From the NCBI GenBank assembly GCA_965198225.1, contig CBDAOY010000007.1, forward strand, positions 576,001 to 640,000: DNA of 64,000 nucleotides, given 5' to 3'. Position 1 is the first letter of the stretch. The number at the start of each line of letters is the position of its first letter. Shown piece by piece: positions 28,840 through 39,200 of the stretch. This DNA is from Terriglobia bacterium (GTDB lineage Bacteria > Acidobacteriota > Terriglobia > 20CM-2-55-15). Both the position numbers and the translations under genes were made by a program. The notes beneath the pieces are model-generated. The model ran no database searches, was not told where the DNA came from, and saw only the letters and a program-made list of their open reading frames with translations.

Positions 28840-29130
28840 TCAAATCTGTTCGAGAAGCTCACCCATCTCCTGGCGATTCTTGCGGTCGCGTACGCCGGCG
28901 CGATCCTGTATCCAGAACCGCGACGCCTCGCGGACGATATCCTCCGCCGACGGGATGCCTGGTGCTTCGACTTCGCCCCCGGAGTTCTTGACGGCTGATT
29001 TCCGCTTGAGAAGCTTTCCGTCCATAACCATCAGGCTCCCGTAGAGGGGAGCGTCGACCGTCACCAGCGTCTTGGTCTGGCTCGAGAATATACAAATCTT
29101 TTCGATCGAGAGCTCGGAGACGTCGACCAT
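28840..29130 (-). CDS. Hypothetical protein (96 aa)
   Basis: AAGGAG RBS before the ATG; 11-nt gap to the YHS gene. Confidence 0.65.
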   Translation of the reverse strand: MVDVSELSIEKICIFSSQTKTLVTVDAPLYGSLMVMDGKLLKRKSAVKNSGGEVEAPGIPSAEDIVREASRFWIQDRAGVRDRKNRQEMGELLEQI

Positions 29131-29298
29131 GCCGCACTCCTTTCCGATCGGCCCCGGCCACTTCCTGCCGGGAGCGGATCAGGGGTGGCAACAAGGATAA
29201 ATCAAAAGCGGTCGGGAGAAAACCCGGTCCGGGAACTGTTGCCGACGATTCATCCAATGTTCGATGTGAAACGACCCGAAGTTCCTGCCGTCTAAACT

Positions 29299-29314
29299 TG
29301 GCAAGCAAAATGCT
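29299..29314 (+). promoter_or_regulatory. Candidate sigma54 (-24/-12) promoter
   Basis: TGGCAAGCAAAATGCT = GG-N10-GC, correctly spaced just before an AGGAGGT RBS. Confidence 0.6.
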
Positions 29315-29339
29315 CGGTGGATGGTCCAGGAGGTGAACC

Positions 29340-29501
29340 ATGATCTGTCCAAGATGTATGACTGAAGGGGAAGTTGCTTATTCGGCGCTGTCTAACGGGT
29401 TGGTGTGTCTGGTTCCCGAGTGTGGATGGGAGCAGGAGCTGGATTCCGCCGAAGCCTACGAACTCGTTGTCGGATTCGAAGAGACGGCACTCTGTGCCTG
29501 A
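29340..29501 (+). CDS. Cys-rich putative Zn-ribbon microprotein (53 aa), absent from the ORF track
   Basis: MICPRCMTEGEVAYSALSNGLVCLVPECGWEQELDSAEAYELVVGFEETALCA; AGGAGGT RBS 5 nt upstream; CPxC...CxxxxCG. Confidence 0.75.
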   Translation: MICPRCMTEGEVAYSALSNGLVCLVPECGWEQELDSAEAYELVVGFEETALCA

Positions 29502-29563
29502 GCCCGGAAAGATCTAAGGCGACTGTAAGGCCAATTAAAACAGTAATATGGAAGTAGGGATCC

Positions 29564-29860
29564 CTACTTCACCCGGGCGATCAGCAACCCGCTCCGGTCA
29601 CGAATAAGGCCTCTCACTCCAAGGTGTCTACAGAGTAGTGCCGCCTTTTTGACGTTTTCAGCCGCGACGGTCAATATTTTGACCGGTTTCGGGGACTTCT
29701 TCAGCTGCACGAGAACCGACGTCAATTCATTCAGATCGTCTCCGTCTATCGAATACTCCTCGACCATCTCGTCTACAGGAATCGTCGACCGCTTCCACCG
29801 TCCTGAGGTGATTCCCAACCGTTTTCGGTGTCCCGGCCGGTCATGGGGCAGATCTGGCAT
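29564..29860 (-). CDS. Hypothetical protein (98 aa)
   Basis: GGAGGGAGG RBS; no family recognised. Confidence 0.5.
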   Translation of the reverse strand: MPDLPHDRPGHRKRLGITSGRWKRSTIPVDEMVEEYSIDGDDLNELTSVLVQLKKSPKPVKILTVAAENVKKAALLCRHLGVRGLIRDRSGLLIARVK

Positions 29861-29974
29861 CGCTTCCTCCCTCCATATCTACTACTATCGGTGATTCGCT
29901 CAGTGACAGTTAATCCGGCGCGGAAAAGTTCCAGCCCCCTTGCGGCGAACCAGCCGCGATATAGAATCGGATCA

Positions 29975-30676
29975 ATGAAAACGAAGTTGATGCTGTTCGA
30001 CGTGGATCTGACTCTGGTGAACACTGGTGGTGCCGGACTGCGAGCCCTGGATCGAGCCTTCCGAGAAGTTCTTGAAGCAGAAAACGCCACCGATGGCGTG
30101 CTGCCGCACGGTAAGACCGACCTGGCCATCATCCGCGAAATCTGCCACCGGAGCGATCTGCCCGATATCGTCGAGGTCGAGTCGGTTGTTGCCAGTTTGC
30201 TCGAACGCTATGTCTACTACCTTGAAGACGAGGTTGCGAACTCGGACAATTATCGTGTTCTTCCGGGAATTCGAGAGATTCTGGTGGACATGCAGAACCG
30301 CGGCGACGTCCTGACCGGACTGGCGACCGGCAACGTCGAAATCGGAGCGCGAATCAAGCTCGAGCGCGGGGGACTGAACGGGTATTTTCCGTTCGGAGGG
30401 TTTGGTTCGGATTCCGAGGACCGATCCGACGTCGTGCGGAAGGCGGGGCGGGCTGGAGCGGAGTGGCATCGGGCCCGGATCGATCCCGACGACACGTTTG
30501 TCATCGGAGACACCTCGAGGGACGTGGCCGCGGGCAGGGAAGCTGGTTTTCGGACCGTGGGCGTGGCGACCGGTCGCCATAGTGTCGAGGAACTCAAAGC
30601 CAGCGGAGCCGATCTAGTGATTTCCGACTTCGAATCTGGCCGCGATCAGTTCTTGCGCTCCACACGCATCACGTAG
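29975..30676 (+). CDS. HAD-family hydrolase
   Basis: LFDVDLTL, LATGN, IGDTSRDV motifs. Confidence 0.9.
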   Translation: MKTKLMLFDVDLTLVNTGGAGLRALDRAFREVLEAENATDGVLPHGKTDLAIIREICHRSDLPDIVEVESVVASLLERYVYYLEDEVANSDNYRVLPGIREILVDMQNRGDVLTGLATGNVEIGARIKLERGGLNGYFPFGGFGSDSEDRSDVVRKAGRAGAEWHRARIDPDDTFVIGDTSRDVAAGREAGFRTVGVATGRHSVEELKASGADLVISDFESGRDQFLRSTRIT

Positions 30677-31737
30677 ATGTCGACTCGGTCGAGCGGGCGC
30701 TCCGCGTAGGCTTCGACCAACTCTATTTCCCCAACGACATCCATCCCTTCCACGACGTGACCAAACACCGTGTAGAAGTCATCCAGCGGTGGCTGGTCCC
30801 CGAGCACGATGAAGAAGGACGTCAGCGCGCTGTCGCGTGCTTCTCCGCGAGCCATAGACACGATTCCGGCCGTGTGCCTGATGTCGTTGATCTCGGCGTT
30901 GATCGGCACCACGAATTCCTGGGCGGCCTGCGGGTAGGGTTCGGTCCGGGTGTTCAGGTCCCCCGCCTGGATTACGAATCCCGGCGCGACTCGGTGGAAG
31001 GCCGTCTTGTCGTAGACACCCAGTGCCGTCAGCCTCAGAAAGTGGCGTACGTGGTTCGGTGCCTTGTCGGGAAAGAACTCCAGAACGATGTCCCCCCTGG
31101 AAGTCTCCATCACGACACGGTGTTCGGCGAGTTCCTCGATTGTTTCTTCGGTGAACGGCGGAACCGGCGGCGGAGGGATCGGCCGGATCGTGATCCCCAG
31201 GATCTCTATCCGTTCCTCCGCAATCTGTTTTTCATCGGTCGGAGCCATCGAAATTCGGTCGACGACTTCCAATCCCTGGACGACGCGGCCAAAGGCGGTG
31301 AAGAGGCCGGTGAACTGCGGTTGGTCCCCGACACACACGAAGAACTGTGCGCCCGCGCTGCTCGCCTCCCCGGGCAACAGTGTGGCGACCACGATGCCGC
31401 TCGTGAATTCAAGGTCGCTGATTTCCGGTTCGAGCCCCATGTTGAAACCGCCCGAACCATACAGTTCTCGCTGTTCGGGCTCCCTCGTCAGTGGGTCCCC
31501 GGTCTGAACGATCCCGTGGGCCACCATGCTGTGGAACGTCGTCCCGACGTAGAAATCCTCGCGCGCCAGCTCGAGGAAGTGATCGACGTGGCTGGGCGCC
31601 TGTTCGGGGTAGAACTCCATGACGAACGCGCCTTCCGACGTTTCGATGACAGCCTGGATTTCATCGAGACCGAGTGAGGCGACGTCCTCGGGCTGGCCCT
31701 GCTGAAACAGGAGGAAGAAGAGAAAGAATGCGGTCAT
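30646..31737 (-). CDS. Exported tandem cyclophilin-type peptidyl-prolyl isomerase
   Basis: Two domains: APSHV...FHSM...QTGDP and APNHV...FHRVAPGFVIQAGD; FGRVVQG and FGHVVEG. Confidence 0.9.
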   Translation of the reverse strand: MTAFFLFFLLFQQGQPEDVASLGLDEIQAVIETSEGAFVMEFYPEQAPSHVDHFLELAREDFYVGTTFHSMVAHGIVQTGDPLTREPEQRELYGSGGFNMGLEPEISDLEFTSGIVVATLLPGEASSAGAQFFVCVGDQPQFTGLFTAFGRVVQGLEVVDRISMAPTDEKQIAEERIEILGITIRPIPPPPVPPFTEETIEELAEHRVVMETSRGDIVLEFFPDKAPNHVRHFLRLTALGVYDKTAFHRVAPGFVIQAGDLNTRTEPYPQAAQEFVVPINAEINDIRHTAGIVSMARGEARDSALTSFFIVLGDQPPLDDFYTVFGHVVEGMDVVGEIELVEAYAERPLDRVDIYVMRVERKN

Positions 31738-33269
31738 GGTTCTCTCAATCGCAGGTCTTCGGCTTCCATTTTTAGATTCAGGGTTCTCTCGATCGAACGT
31801 TCCACACGCGCCCTGCGTCGACGTTCGAGATCGGCCTTCCTGGTCAATCCCCGGTCCTCGAGTTCGGCGATCGATTCCCCGAGCCGGACCAGTCGCTGAT
31901 CGTAGAGAGCTAGGGCCCGGTTGTAATCGTCGATCGCGTCGGAGTACCGCTTGCGCTGGACGTAGATGGCGCCTCTGGAAAAATAGGCGTCGGCATGGCG
32001 TCGGTCACGTTCAAGCACCCGCTCGAAGTGATCGAGGGCCAGCCCGATGTTGCCCTTTCGGAAATGAACCGTACCCAGCGCGTAGAGCGCTTCGGGAAAG
32101 TTCAGCACGTATTTGAGCGATTCCTCATAAAGCGCCATCGCCCGATCCAGTTCCCGGCGGGAAAACCACACATTCCCCAGGTAGTAGTAGGCCTGGTAGC
32201 TGGACGGATTGAGCTCGATCGATCGCTCGAAGGACGGTTCAGATCCGTCGAAGTTGCCGGCCTGGAGTAGGGTCACACCGAGTCGGAGGTGGGCGATCTC
32301 GTAGTCGGGGTTTCGTTCGATCACCGCACGATACTCGGCGACAGCGGCCTCGGTTTCTTCAAGCCCGGCAAGATAATCGCCGAGCAGGATTCGGCCCTCG
32401 ACGAATCCCGGAGCAAGTTCCACCGCCTTCCGGTACAGATGCTCGACGTCTTCGGCGTCGTCCGCAGCCGAGACCGCCTGGGCCAAACCGATGTAGGAGC
32501 GAAAATGCCCTGGACTCAATTCCAGGGCCCGTTCGAAACTCTCCTTTGCACGTTGGTAATCGGCTTTGATCAGCCAGTAGTTGCCGACTTCGTAATGGAT
32601 CAGCGCCAGGTCGTCGGACAGCGATGCGGCCTTGAGGATCGCGTTCTCCTGGCGTCGCGTGCTTGGGTTGAGTTTCCACCTCACGAACCAGTTGAGCGGG
32701 TCGTCCGGTTCCAGTTCGATCGCGCGTGCGATCCTCGTCAGTGCCGAGCGGTCACCGCCAGGCTTGAACTCGTCGAGTAGGCTGATCGCCTCCAGCCGGA
32801 GACCCAACGCCTCGTGCGCCGAGCAATCCATCTTGGAGATTGACGGAGTGTTCGTGGCCGCGGCCGGTCCCGACATTCGGCTCGATTCCAGAGCCGCGAC
32901 CGCGTCATCCCAATTTGCTTCGTGCGCCTCTTCATTGAGTCGCTGTTCCAAGGCCAAGAACAGCAACGCTTCCGCCAGATGCAACCGATACAGGCAATTA
33001 TCCGGTTTGAGGTCTACGGTTTGACGGAACAACTCCGCAGCGCGGCTGTAGGACGTAGGAGTAAATTCTCGGAAAGAGGCCAGGCCTTTGTCGAACAACA
33101 ATTGTTCGGCCGTCGGTGGGGGAGGCAGACGGCTGATTCTGGTCCGGGAACATCCGGCGACTACGGCCAGCAGGGCAATCAGAGCGACGAAACCGGGCCG
33201 CAGAGTGACGATACCGGCTCGGAGTTTCCGGCGAGTGCGAACGCTCGCGGAAGACGCGACAGCAGGCAT
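31734..33269 (-). CDS. TPR-repeat lipoprotein (start uncertain)
   Basis: Lipobox VAGC and multiple TPR units (AYYYLG, ALYALG, AYFSRG). Confidence 0.8.
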   Translation of the reverse strand: MPAVASSASVRTRRKLRAGIVTLRPGFVALIALLAVVAGCSRTRISRLPPPPTAEQLLFDKGLASFREFTPTSYSRAAELFRQTVDLKPDNCLYRLHLAEALLFLALEQRLNEEAHEANWDDAVAALESSRMSGPAAATNTPSISKMDCSAHEALGLRLEAISLLDEFKPGGDRSALTRIARAIELEPDDPLNWFVRWKLNPSTRRQENAILKAASLSDDLALIHYEVGNYWLIKADYQRAKESFERALELSPGHFRSYIGLAQAVSAADDAEDVEHLYRKAVELAPGFVEGRILLGDYLAGLEETEAAVAEYRAVIERNPDYEIAHLRLGVTLLQAGNFDGSEPSFERSIELNPSSYQAYYYLGNVWFSRRELDRAMALYEESLKYVLNFPEALYALGTVHFRKGNIGLALDHFERVLERDRRHADAYFSRGAIYVQRKRYSDAIDDYNRALALYDQRLVRLGESIAELEDRGLTRKADLERRRRARVERSIERTLNLKMEAEDLRLREP

Positions 33270-33282
33270 GGGTGAAATTCTA

Positions 33283-34449
33283 TCACGACAGTTCCGATCC
33301 CCTCTGGAGGGATGCTCTGCCATATCTTTCACGGATTTCGTCCACGGTGTGGTCGAGCTTTTTGGAGGGCTCCGAGCCGGAAAACAGACCCAACTGGGCC
33401 GGCCGCTCACCCTCACGGCTTAGCTGGCCCGCACCCACACCGATGAGGCGGATCTTTTCCGTGAGCGGGAAGCTTTCGAAGAGGGGGAGCGCAGCTTCGA
33501 AGATCTCGCGACCGGTTTCGATCGGTCGTGGAATCGTCGTCTGTCGCGTGTGGGTCGTGAAGCTCGCGTACCGAAGCTTCAGTGTGATTTGCCCGGCCCG
33601 ATACTTGCCCTTGCGCAATCTTCCGGCGACCTGTTCTGAGAGTTTGCGGAGTGTTCGCACAAGCCGGTCCGCGTCGGCAGTATCGGACTCGAATGTCGTC
33701 TCGGTACTGATTGATTTCGGTTCCCAACCCGACGCGACCGGCCGGTCATCTTCGCCTCGAGACAGATGCCACAGGTGTTCGCCTGCTGCTCCCATTTCCT
33801 GGACCAGCGTGGCACGGCCGAGACCGGAAAGATCGGAGATGGTGCAAACCCCCATGCTCCGGAGTCGCGTTTCGGTCTTAGGCCCGACGCCCCAAAGACG
33901 GGAAATGGGCAAGTCAGCCAGAAACTGAAGGACTTGATCTGGCTCTACGAGGACCAGCCCGTCCGGCTTCTGTAGATCGGAAGCCAGTTTGGCGAGGAAC
34001 TTGTTGGGAGCAAGACCGACCGACGCGGTCAGCTCGGTACGTTCGCGGATAGTTCGCTTGACGTCTCGTGCGATCTCGAGCGCCGGTCCCATCAGTGCTA
34101 TCGAACCGGTGATGTCCAGGAACGCCTCGTCGATACTGAATGGCTCGACGAGGTCGGTGTAGGCGCGGAGGATCTCCATGATGATCCCGGACACATCGCT
34201 GTAGTGGTTGAATCGCGGCCGGACGTATTTCGCCTGCGGGCAAAGCTTCCAGGCTCTACTGATCGGAAGCGCCGACCGGATTCCGAACTTGCGGGCTTCG
34301 TAGGAACACGCGGCGACGACGCCCCGGCCCCTCCCGTTCTTCGGGTCGGCGCCCACGATGACCGGTCGACCCTTCAATGCGGGATGATCCCGCTGCTCGA
34401 CGGAAGCGTAGAAGGCATCCATATCGACGTGTAAGATGGATCGGGTCAT
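33283..34449 (-). CDS. dinB: DNA polymerase IV
   Basis: HVDMDAFYASVEQ, YEARKFGI, SIDEAFLD, NKFLAKLASD..KPDG. Confidence 0.97.
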   Translation of the reverse strand: MTRSILHVDMDAFYASVEQRDHPALKGRPVIVGADPKNGRGRGVVAACSYEARKFGIRSALPISRAWKLCPQAKYVRPRFNHYSDVSGIIMEILRAYTDLVEPFSIDEAFLDITGSIALMGPALEIARDVKRTIRERTELTASVGLAPNKFLAKLASDLQKPDGLVLVEPDQVLQFLADLPISRLWGVGPKTETRLRSMGVCTISDLSGLGRATLVQEMGAAGEHLWHLSRGEDDRPVASGWEPKSISTETTFESDTADADRLVRTLRKLSEQVAGRLRKGKYRAGQITLKLRYASFTTHTRQTTIPRPIETGREIFEAALPLFESFPLTEKIRLIGVGAGQLSREGERPAQLGLFSGSEPSKKLDHTVDEIRERYGRASLQRGSELS

Positions 34450-34544
34450 AGTAGTCAGAACGCTGTGGACCGTTGGGATCTGAGCGGCGGTCTGTGACCG
34501 CCGGTTTTTCCTGGGGGATTGCTTCGCGTCTCTTTCCGACTTTG

Positions 34545-34611
34545 CTGCTTAGCGAACACCCGGGGACAGGGCCAGGCCCCTGTCCCCCTCACATTGGCTC
34601 TCTCGCGGATC
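34545..34611. repeat. Family 2 palindromic repeat, copy 2
   Basis: CTGCTTAGCGAACACCCGGGGACAGGGCCAGGCCCCTGTCCCCCTCACATTGGCTCTCTCGCGGATC. Confidence 0.85.
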
Positions 34612-34639
34612 CTTCCGCTGAGCAACGGCCAACGAACAA

Positions 34640-35089
34640 CTAGATGTGGTACATCACCTGGCGTTCGCGGGTCCGGACTTGCTGCACGAGGTTGGCGAAA
34701 GTGATGCCGTTCAGGACCGAACCGATCGCCCGGTCGACGTCGGCCCAGATCGGCTTGAACTGGCATGTGCCTTCGCGGTCACAATCGTCGGCGAAGTTGC
34801 CCGATTCGAGGCAAGACAGTTGCACGAAAGGTCCGCTGACGCTGCGGATGACGTCACCGACGGTGATCTCTTCGGGCGGGCTGGCCAGCACGTAGCCTCC
34901 TTCGGTTCCGCGCTTGCTCCGCACGATGTCGACCCTCTTGAGGATCTGCATGATCTGGAACAGAAACTTGGTGGGAATTCCCTGCCGGTCGGCGATGTCC
35001 TGGACCCGAATTGGCGTGTCGGGGTCGTAATTGAGCGCTAACTCCAGCACGGCCGAACACGCATATTCGTCCTTGGCGGAGATCTTCAC
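34640..35089 (-). CDS. Rrf2-family transcriptional regulator
   Basis: SKRGTEGGYVLA, ITVGDVIR; three C-terminal Cys; ends in MYHI. Confidence 0.92.
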   Translation of the reverse strand: MKISAKDEYACSAVLELALNYDPDTPIRVQDIADRQGIPTKFLFQIMQILKRVDIVRSKRGTEGGYVLASPPEEITVGDVIRSVSGPFVQLSCLESGNFADDCDREGTCQFKPIWADVDRAIGSVLNGITFANLVQQVRTRERQVMYHI

Positions 35090-35241
35090 GTTGGAAATAT
35101 AACATCTAGTAGTCAGTAGTCAGTCGGGCAACGCAGGCTCGAGCGAGCGTTGCTAAAGAGAAGACTGCCACTCACTTCGGCCAGTGAGTGAGAAATGACG
35201 AGTATAGAGTCAGGATGGTTGGCGACGAGTCGCCGCCGGCT

Positions 35242-35303
35242 CTGCTTAAGCGGACACCCGGGGATAGGGCCAGGCCCCTCTCACATTGGTTCTCTCGCGG
35301 ATC
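35242..35303. repeat. Family 2 palindromic repeat, copy 3 (internally deleted)
   Basis: Same flanks as copies 1 and 2 with a shortened hairpin arm. Confidence 0.75.
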
Positions 35304-35347
35304 GTACCGCTTAACGGACAACGGCCTACGACCTACTTCTTCTCCCC

Positions 35348-36055
35348 CTACGCGAGCCGTTCGCTGGCCAGGGCCTGCAGGGCCCGGTCCTTGTAGGCTT
35401 CGATATGCCGCGCCATGAGCTCTGCGGCACCAGCCGAGTCCCGGGCTTCGATCGCCCGCACGATGTCGTGATGGTCGTCGAAGGCGACTCCGTCGTACGG
35501 TCCGTAGTGTTCGTAGATCAGGTACACCAGACGTTCGATCTGGTTGCGGAGGTCGGATATGATGCGGGTCAGCCGACGATTCCCGCAGCCTTCCGCGACG
35601 AGTTGGTGAAAATCCAGGTCGGTCTCGATGAAACTCACGAAGTCGTCCTGTTGCGACTGTTTTTTTTCGGTCCGCAGATTTTCCCGCAGCGCCTCGAGGA
35701 ACCTCGGGCTCGGGTTGCGTGCGGCCATTTCCGCAGCGTAAGGCTCAAGAACCAGCCGAATCTGGTACAACTCGTGAAGATCCTGCAGGTTGACGGGACT
35801 CACGATGTAGCCCTTATAGGGAATCGAGTGCAGGAGGTCTTCTTTCAGAAGACGGTTACAGACTTCCCGGATCGGAGTACGGCTCATATTGAACTTGTTC
35901 GCCATTTCGATCTCCGTAAGTGAATCGCCCGGCTGGTATTTGCACGTGATGATGTCGGCTTTCAGCTGTTCGTAAATGCGATCAGCCAGTAACCTCGATT
36001 GGCTTTCAGACACCGTGGATTCCCTCCATTCATAACCGCCGTTAGTACGAGCCAC
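35348..36055 (-). CDS. GntR-family (FCD) transcriptional regulator
   Basis: SRTPIRE wHTH; DLDFH...N, DHHDIV FCD motifs; start uncertain. Confidence 0.9.
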   Translation of the reverse strand: MARTNGGYEWRESTVSESQSRLLADRIYEQLKADIITCKYQPGDSLTEIEMANKFNMSRTPIREVCNRLLKEDLLHSIPYKGYIVSPVNLQDLHELYQIRLVLEPYAAEMAARNPSPRFLEALRENLRTEKKQSQQDDFVSFIETDLDFHQLVAEGCGNRRLTRIISDLRNQIERLVYLIYEHYGPYDGVAFDDHHDIVRAIEARDSAGAAELMARHIEAYKDRALQALASERLA

Positions 36056-36284
36056 GCGTTTGGGGATACTGCAACCGGTCCGATCCCGGAAAATGGATTT
36101 CGCTATACTTAGAACCCAGAAGTCCCGGAAACGTTACCAAAGTCGATCCACTTATTTTAGGTTCGGCATCGGACTCGGGTGAATCCGCTTCCAAAGGCTG
36201 CGGTTGGGGCGCAAAAAGGACCCGATTTGTCTATCAGGATGAGATGCTTAGGGAGAATCACGGACAATTGTATTCGAATGTAAA

Positions 36285-39200
36285 TTCAAGTTGTCTTTCT
36301 AGCTGCTGGGAGTCTTTCTCGATCGATCGGAGATTGCCGTCACCGACAGCGGCATTACTGCCGTTGTCGGCCCGAACGGCTGTGGTAAGAGCAACATATC
36401 CGATGCAGTGGCCTGGGTCTTGGGCGAGCAACGCGCCCGATCGCTGCGCGGCGATCGGATGGAGGACGTCATCTTCAGCGGTACCCGTAATCGCTCGGCG
36501 CTGGGGATGGCTGAGGTCACGATCACCCTCGTCGATGAGGCCCCGGCGCACAACAACGGTGGGCCGCCCCCGGGTCCGGTGGAGGTCACGGTGCAACGCC
36601 GGCTCTTCCGATCGGGGGAGAGCCAGTATCTTTTGAATGGCCGTCCCTGTCGCCTGCTGGACATCCACGACATTTTTCTCGGCACCGGACTGGGGCCTCA
36701 CAGCTACGCCATCATCGAGCAGGGCCGAATCGGCCAGCTACTGAGCGCCCGGCCGTCGGATCGGCGCACCCTGGTCGAGGAGGCCGCCGGCATCACGAAG
36801 TTTCGGGCCAAACGTAAACTGGCCGAATCCCGCCTGGAAGCCGCCCGTCAGAATCTGTCCCGCGTGAACGACATCCTGGCCGAAGTGGAGCGCCAGCGGA
36901 ACTCGCTGAAGCGTCAGGCATCGAAGGCCCGCCGATACCGTGATTTGAGAAAACGACTGCGAGGAGTCCTGTCAGCCGTTTTTTCCACCCGGGCCGAGTC
37001 GCTGATCGACCAACAGGATCGTGTGGAGACCGCGCTGGTCGGAATGGCGTCCGAGGGCCAGCGCCTGGAGTCTCGGATCGCCGAATTGGATGAACTAGTC
37101 CACCAATGTCGCATCGATGTGGAGACCCAGGAGAGACGCCTCGAGGAATCCCGCGAGAAGCATTCGGCCACGGAGTTGGAGCACGAGAAGGCCGCGCAGC
37201 GGTTGGAGCGTTTACAGGATCAGATAAGCGCATTCGAAGAGCGATCCCAAGAGTTGGCCGGCGAAAAGGCTCGGGTGACACGGGAGTTGGAGGCCAACCG
37301 ACGGGAACTCGGACAGTGCAACTCACGCCTGATCGAGTTGGAGCGGACCGTTTCGGAAGTGCGTAGTCAACTCGAGCAATCGCTTGAGGCGCTCGAAACC
37401 ACTTCCGGCCGACGCTCCGGAGAGGAAGCCGCGATCGAGGGCCTTCGGAACCAGCGATTCTCCATCGTCGGTCAGGAAGCCCAGATCCGCAACGAGCTCT
37501 CCAGCCGCGCCGAGATGATCCAGAGGCTCGAAGCGCAGTCCGATCGGATCGAGGCCGAGGAGAAACAGGCGCGTGTCGCGGCTGAGGATTGTCGTACGCG
37601 GTTGCGGGCGGCTGAGCTGGAGCAGTCCTCTCGACAATCTGAAGTCCGCCGGCTCAGCGACGAGCGCCAAAGGGCCGAGCGGGAATACGACAGTCTGAAA
37701 CTTCAACTGGCGGAGGCACAGAAGGCGGCTTCTGAGGCCCGTTCCAGTGAAGAGGGTGTCCGTAATCGCCTGGAAACGATCCGCGAGCTGTCGCTCGATC
37801 GCGCCTACGGCACGGAATCGGTGCAGCAGTTCTTCAGTCACGTGTGGGACGAATCGTGGGCCCCCCTGGGGATACTGGCAGATTTCATCGAAGTCCAACC
37901 CGACTATGAAACCGTGGTGGAAGACCTCCTGCACGCGGAACTTCAATACGTCGTCGTTCGGGACCTGGTGCACGCTGAGAAGGCACTGGGAATCGCCCGC
38001 AACGCGACCCGGGGCAGACTGGATTTTCTCGTGCTCGAAACGGATCAGGAACTTCCGTCGGCGATGGAAGAAGTGCCGGAAGCCATTCGCGTCGCCGACG
38101 TCATCCGACTCGATGATCATGTAAAACACTTTTCTCGCCACATCTCCAATGCTTACATCGTCGACGACCTCCAGCGTGCCTGGGACCTTTCGGAATCGCA
38201 TCCCGGCAAGACGTTCGTCGCAGGTAGCGGCGAAGTCGTCCGCGATCGCGTAATCAGCTGGGGTCAGCGGTCCGTCCACGGTCCTCTGTCATTGAAGCGC
38301 GAGATTCGGGATCTGGATCGACGCATCGAAGCTGCCCGAACCCGGACCGAGAGCGCCGTTGCTCTGGTCCGCGAGCTCGAATCGCGGATCGAGGCGTCTG
38401 ATCTGCTGAAGGCCGATCTGCTGAACCGGCTGCAGGATGCGGAGAAGGAAGCACTCGGACACGATCACAGCCTTCGAGCGCTTCGATCGGAGTTGGAACG
38501 GGTAGAGCAGCAAGTACGCGTCGCCGGCGCCGAGATCGAACGCTTCAAGGACGAACGCCGGGAACTGGAAGAAGCCCTGACAGCCGCGCGTTCCAGCCTC
38601 GCCGAGGTTTCGGCCCGGATGAAGGCAATCGACGAAGAACTCGAGACGCGGACACGATTGAGCGAAGAGCTCTGGGAGCGCTCCTCCCAGCTCGGAGCCG
38701 AGGTGGCCGACTTGCGATCGCGCTTTGCGGTCCTCGAGGAACGGGATGAGACGCTGGGCCGGGAACTGCGAAACCTGAAGACCCAGGTGGGAGAGTTGGA
38801 GGACCGGGGTGCGCGGGCGGACCGGCAGTCTGAAACGACCCGTGCGCAAATCGAAGAGACGCGGCGGTCCACTTCAGCCGGAGAGACGGCCCGACAGGAT
38901 CTGCTTCGCAAGCGAGGGGAGCTGGACCAGGTCATCTCTTCGGCGACGGAACGGCTCGATGGCCTGAGACAGGAACTCCACGAAGCGGAATCCGGCTGGG
39001 ACGAAGCCAGAGGAGAACTGGATTCGTGGAAGGACCGTCACAACGAGCGGGAAATCGAGAAGACTCGCGTGGACGCCGATATCGAACACCTGGTGTCCCT
39101 GTGCTTCAGCGAGCTGGGGGAGACCATCGAATCGGTGTGCCTGGATAGTTTCGAAACATTGACTCCAGAGGCACTGGAGGAGTCTGAGGCTGAATATCAG

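Noticed and set aside
36300-36302. Amber recoding (pyrrolysine or alternative code) in smc
   Set aside because: TAG ends many normal genes here (e.g. precursor 2, purC, fabF), and the neighbouring codons are also corrupted
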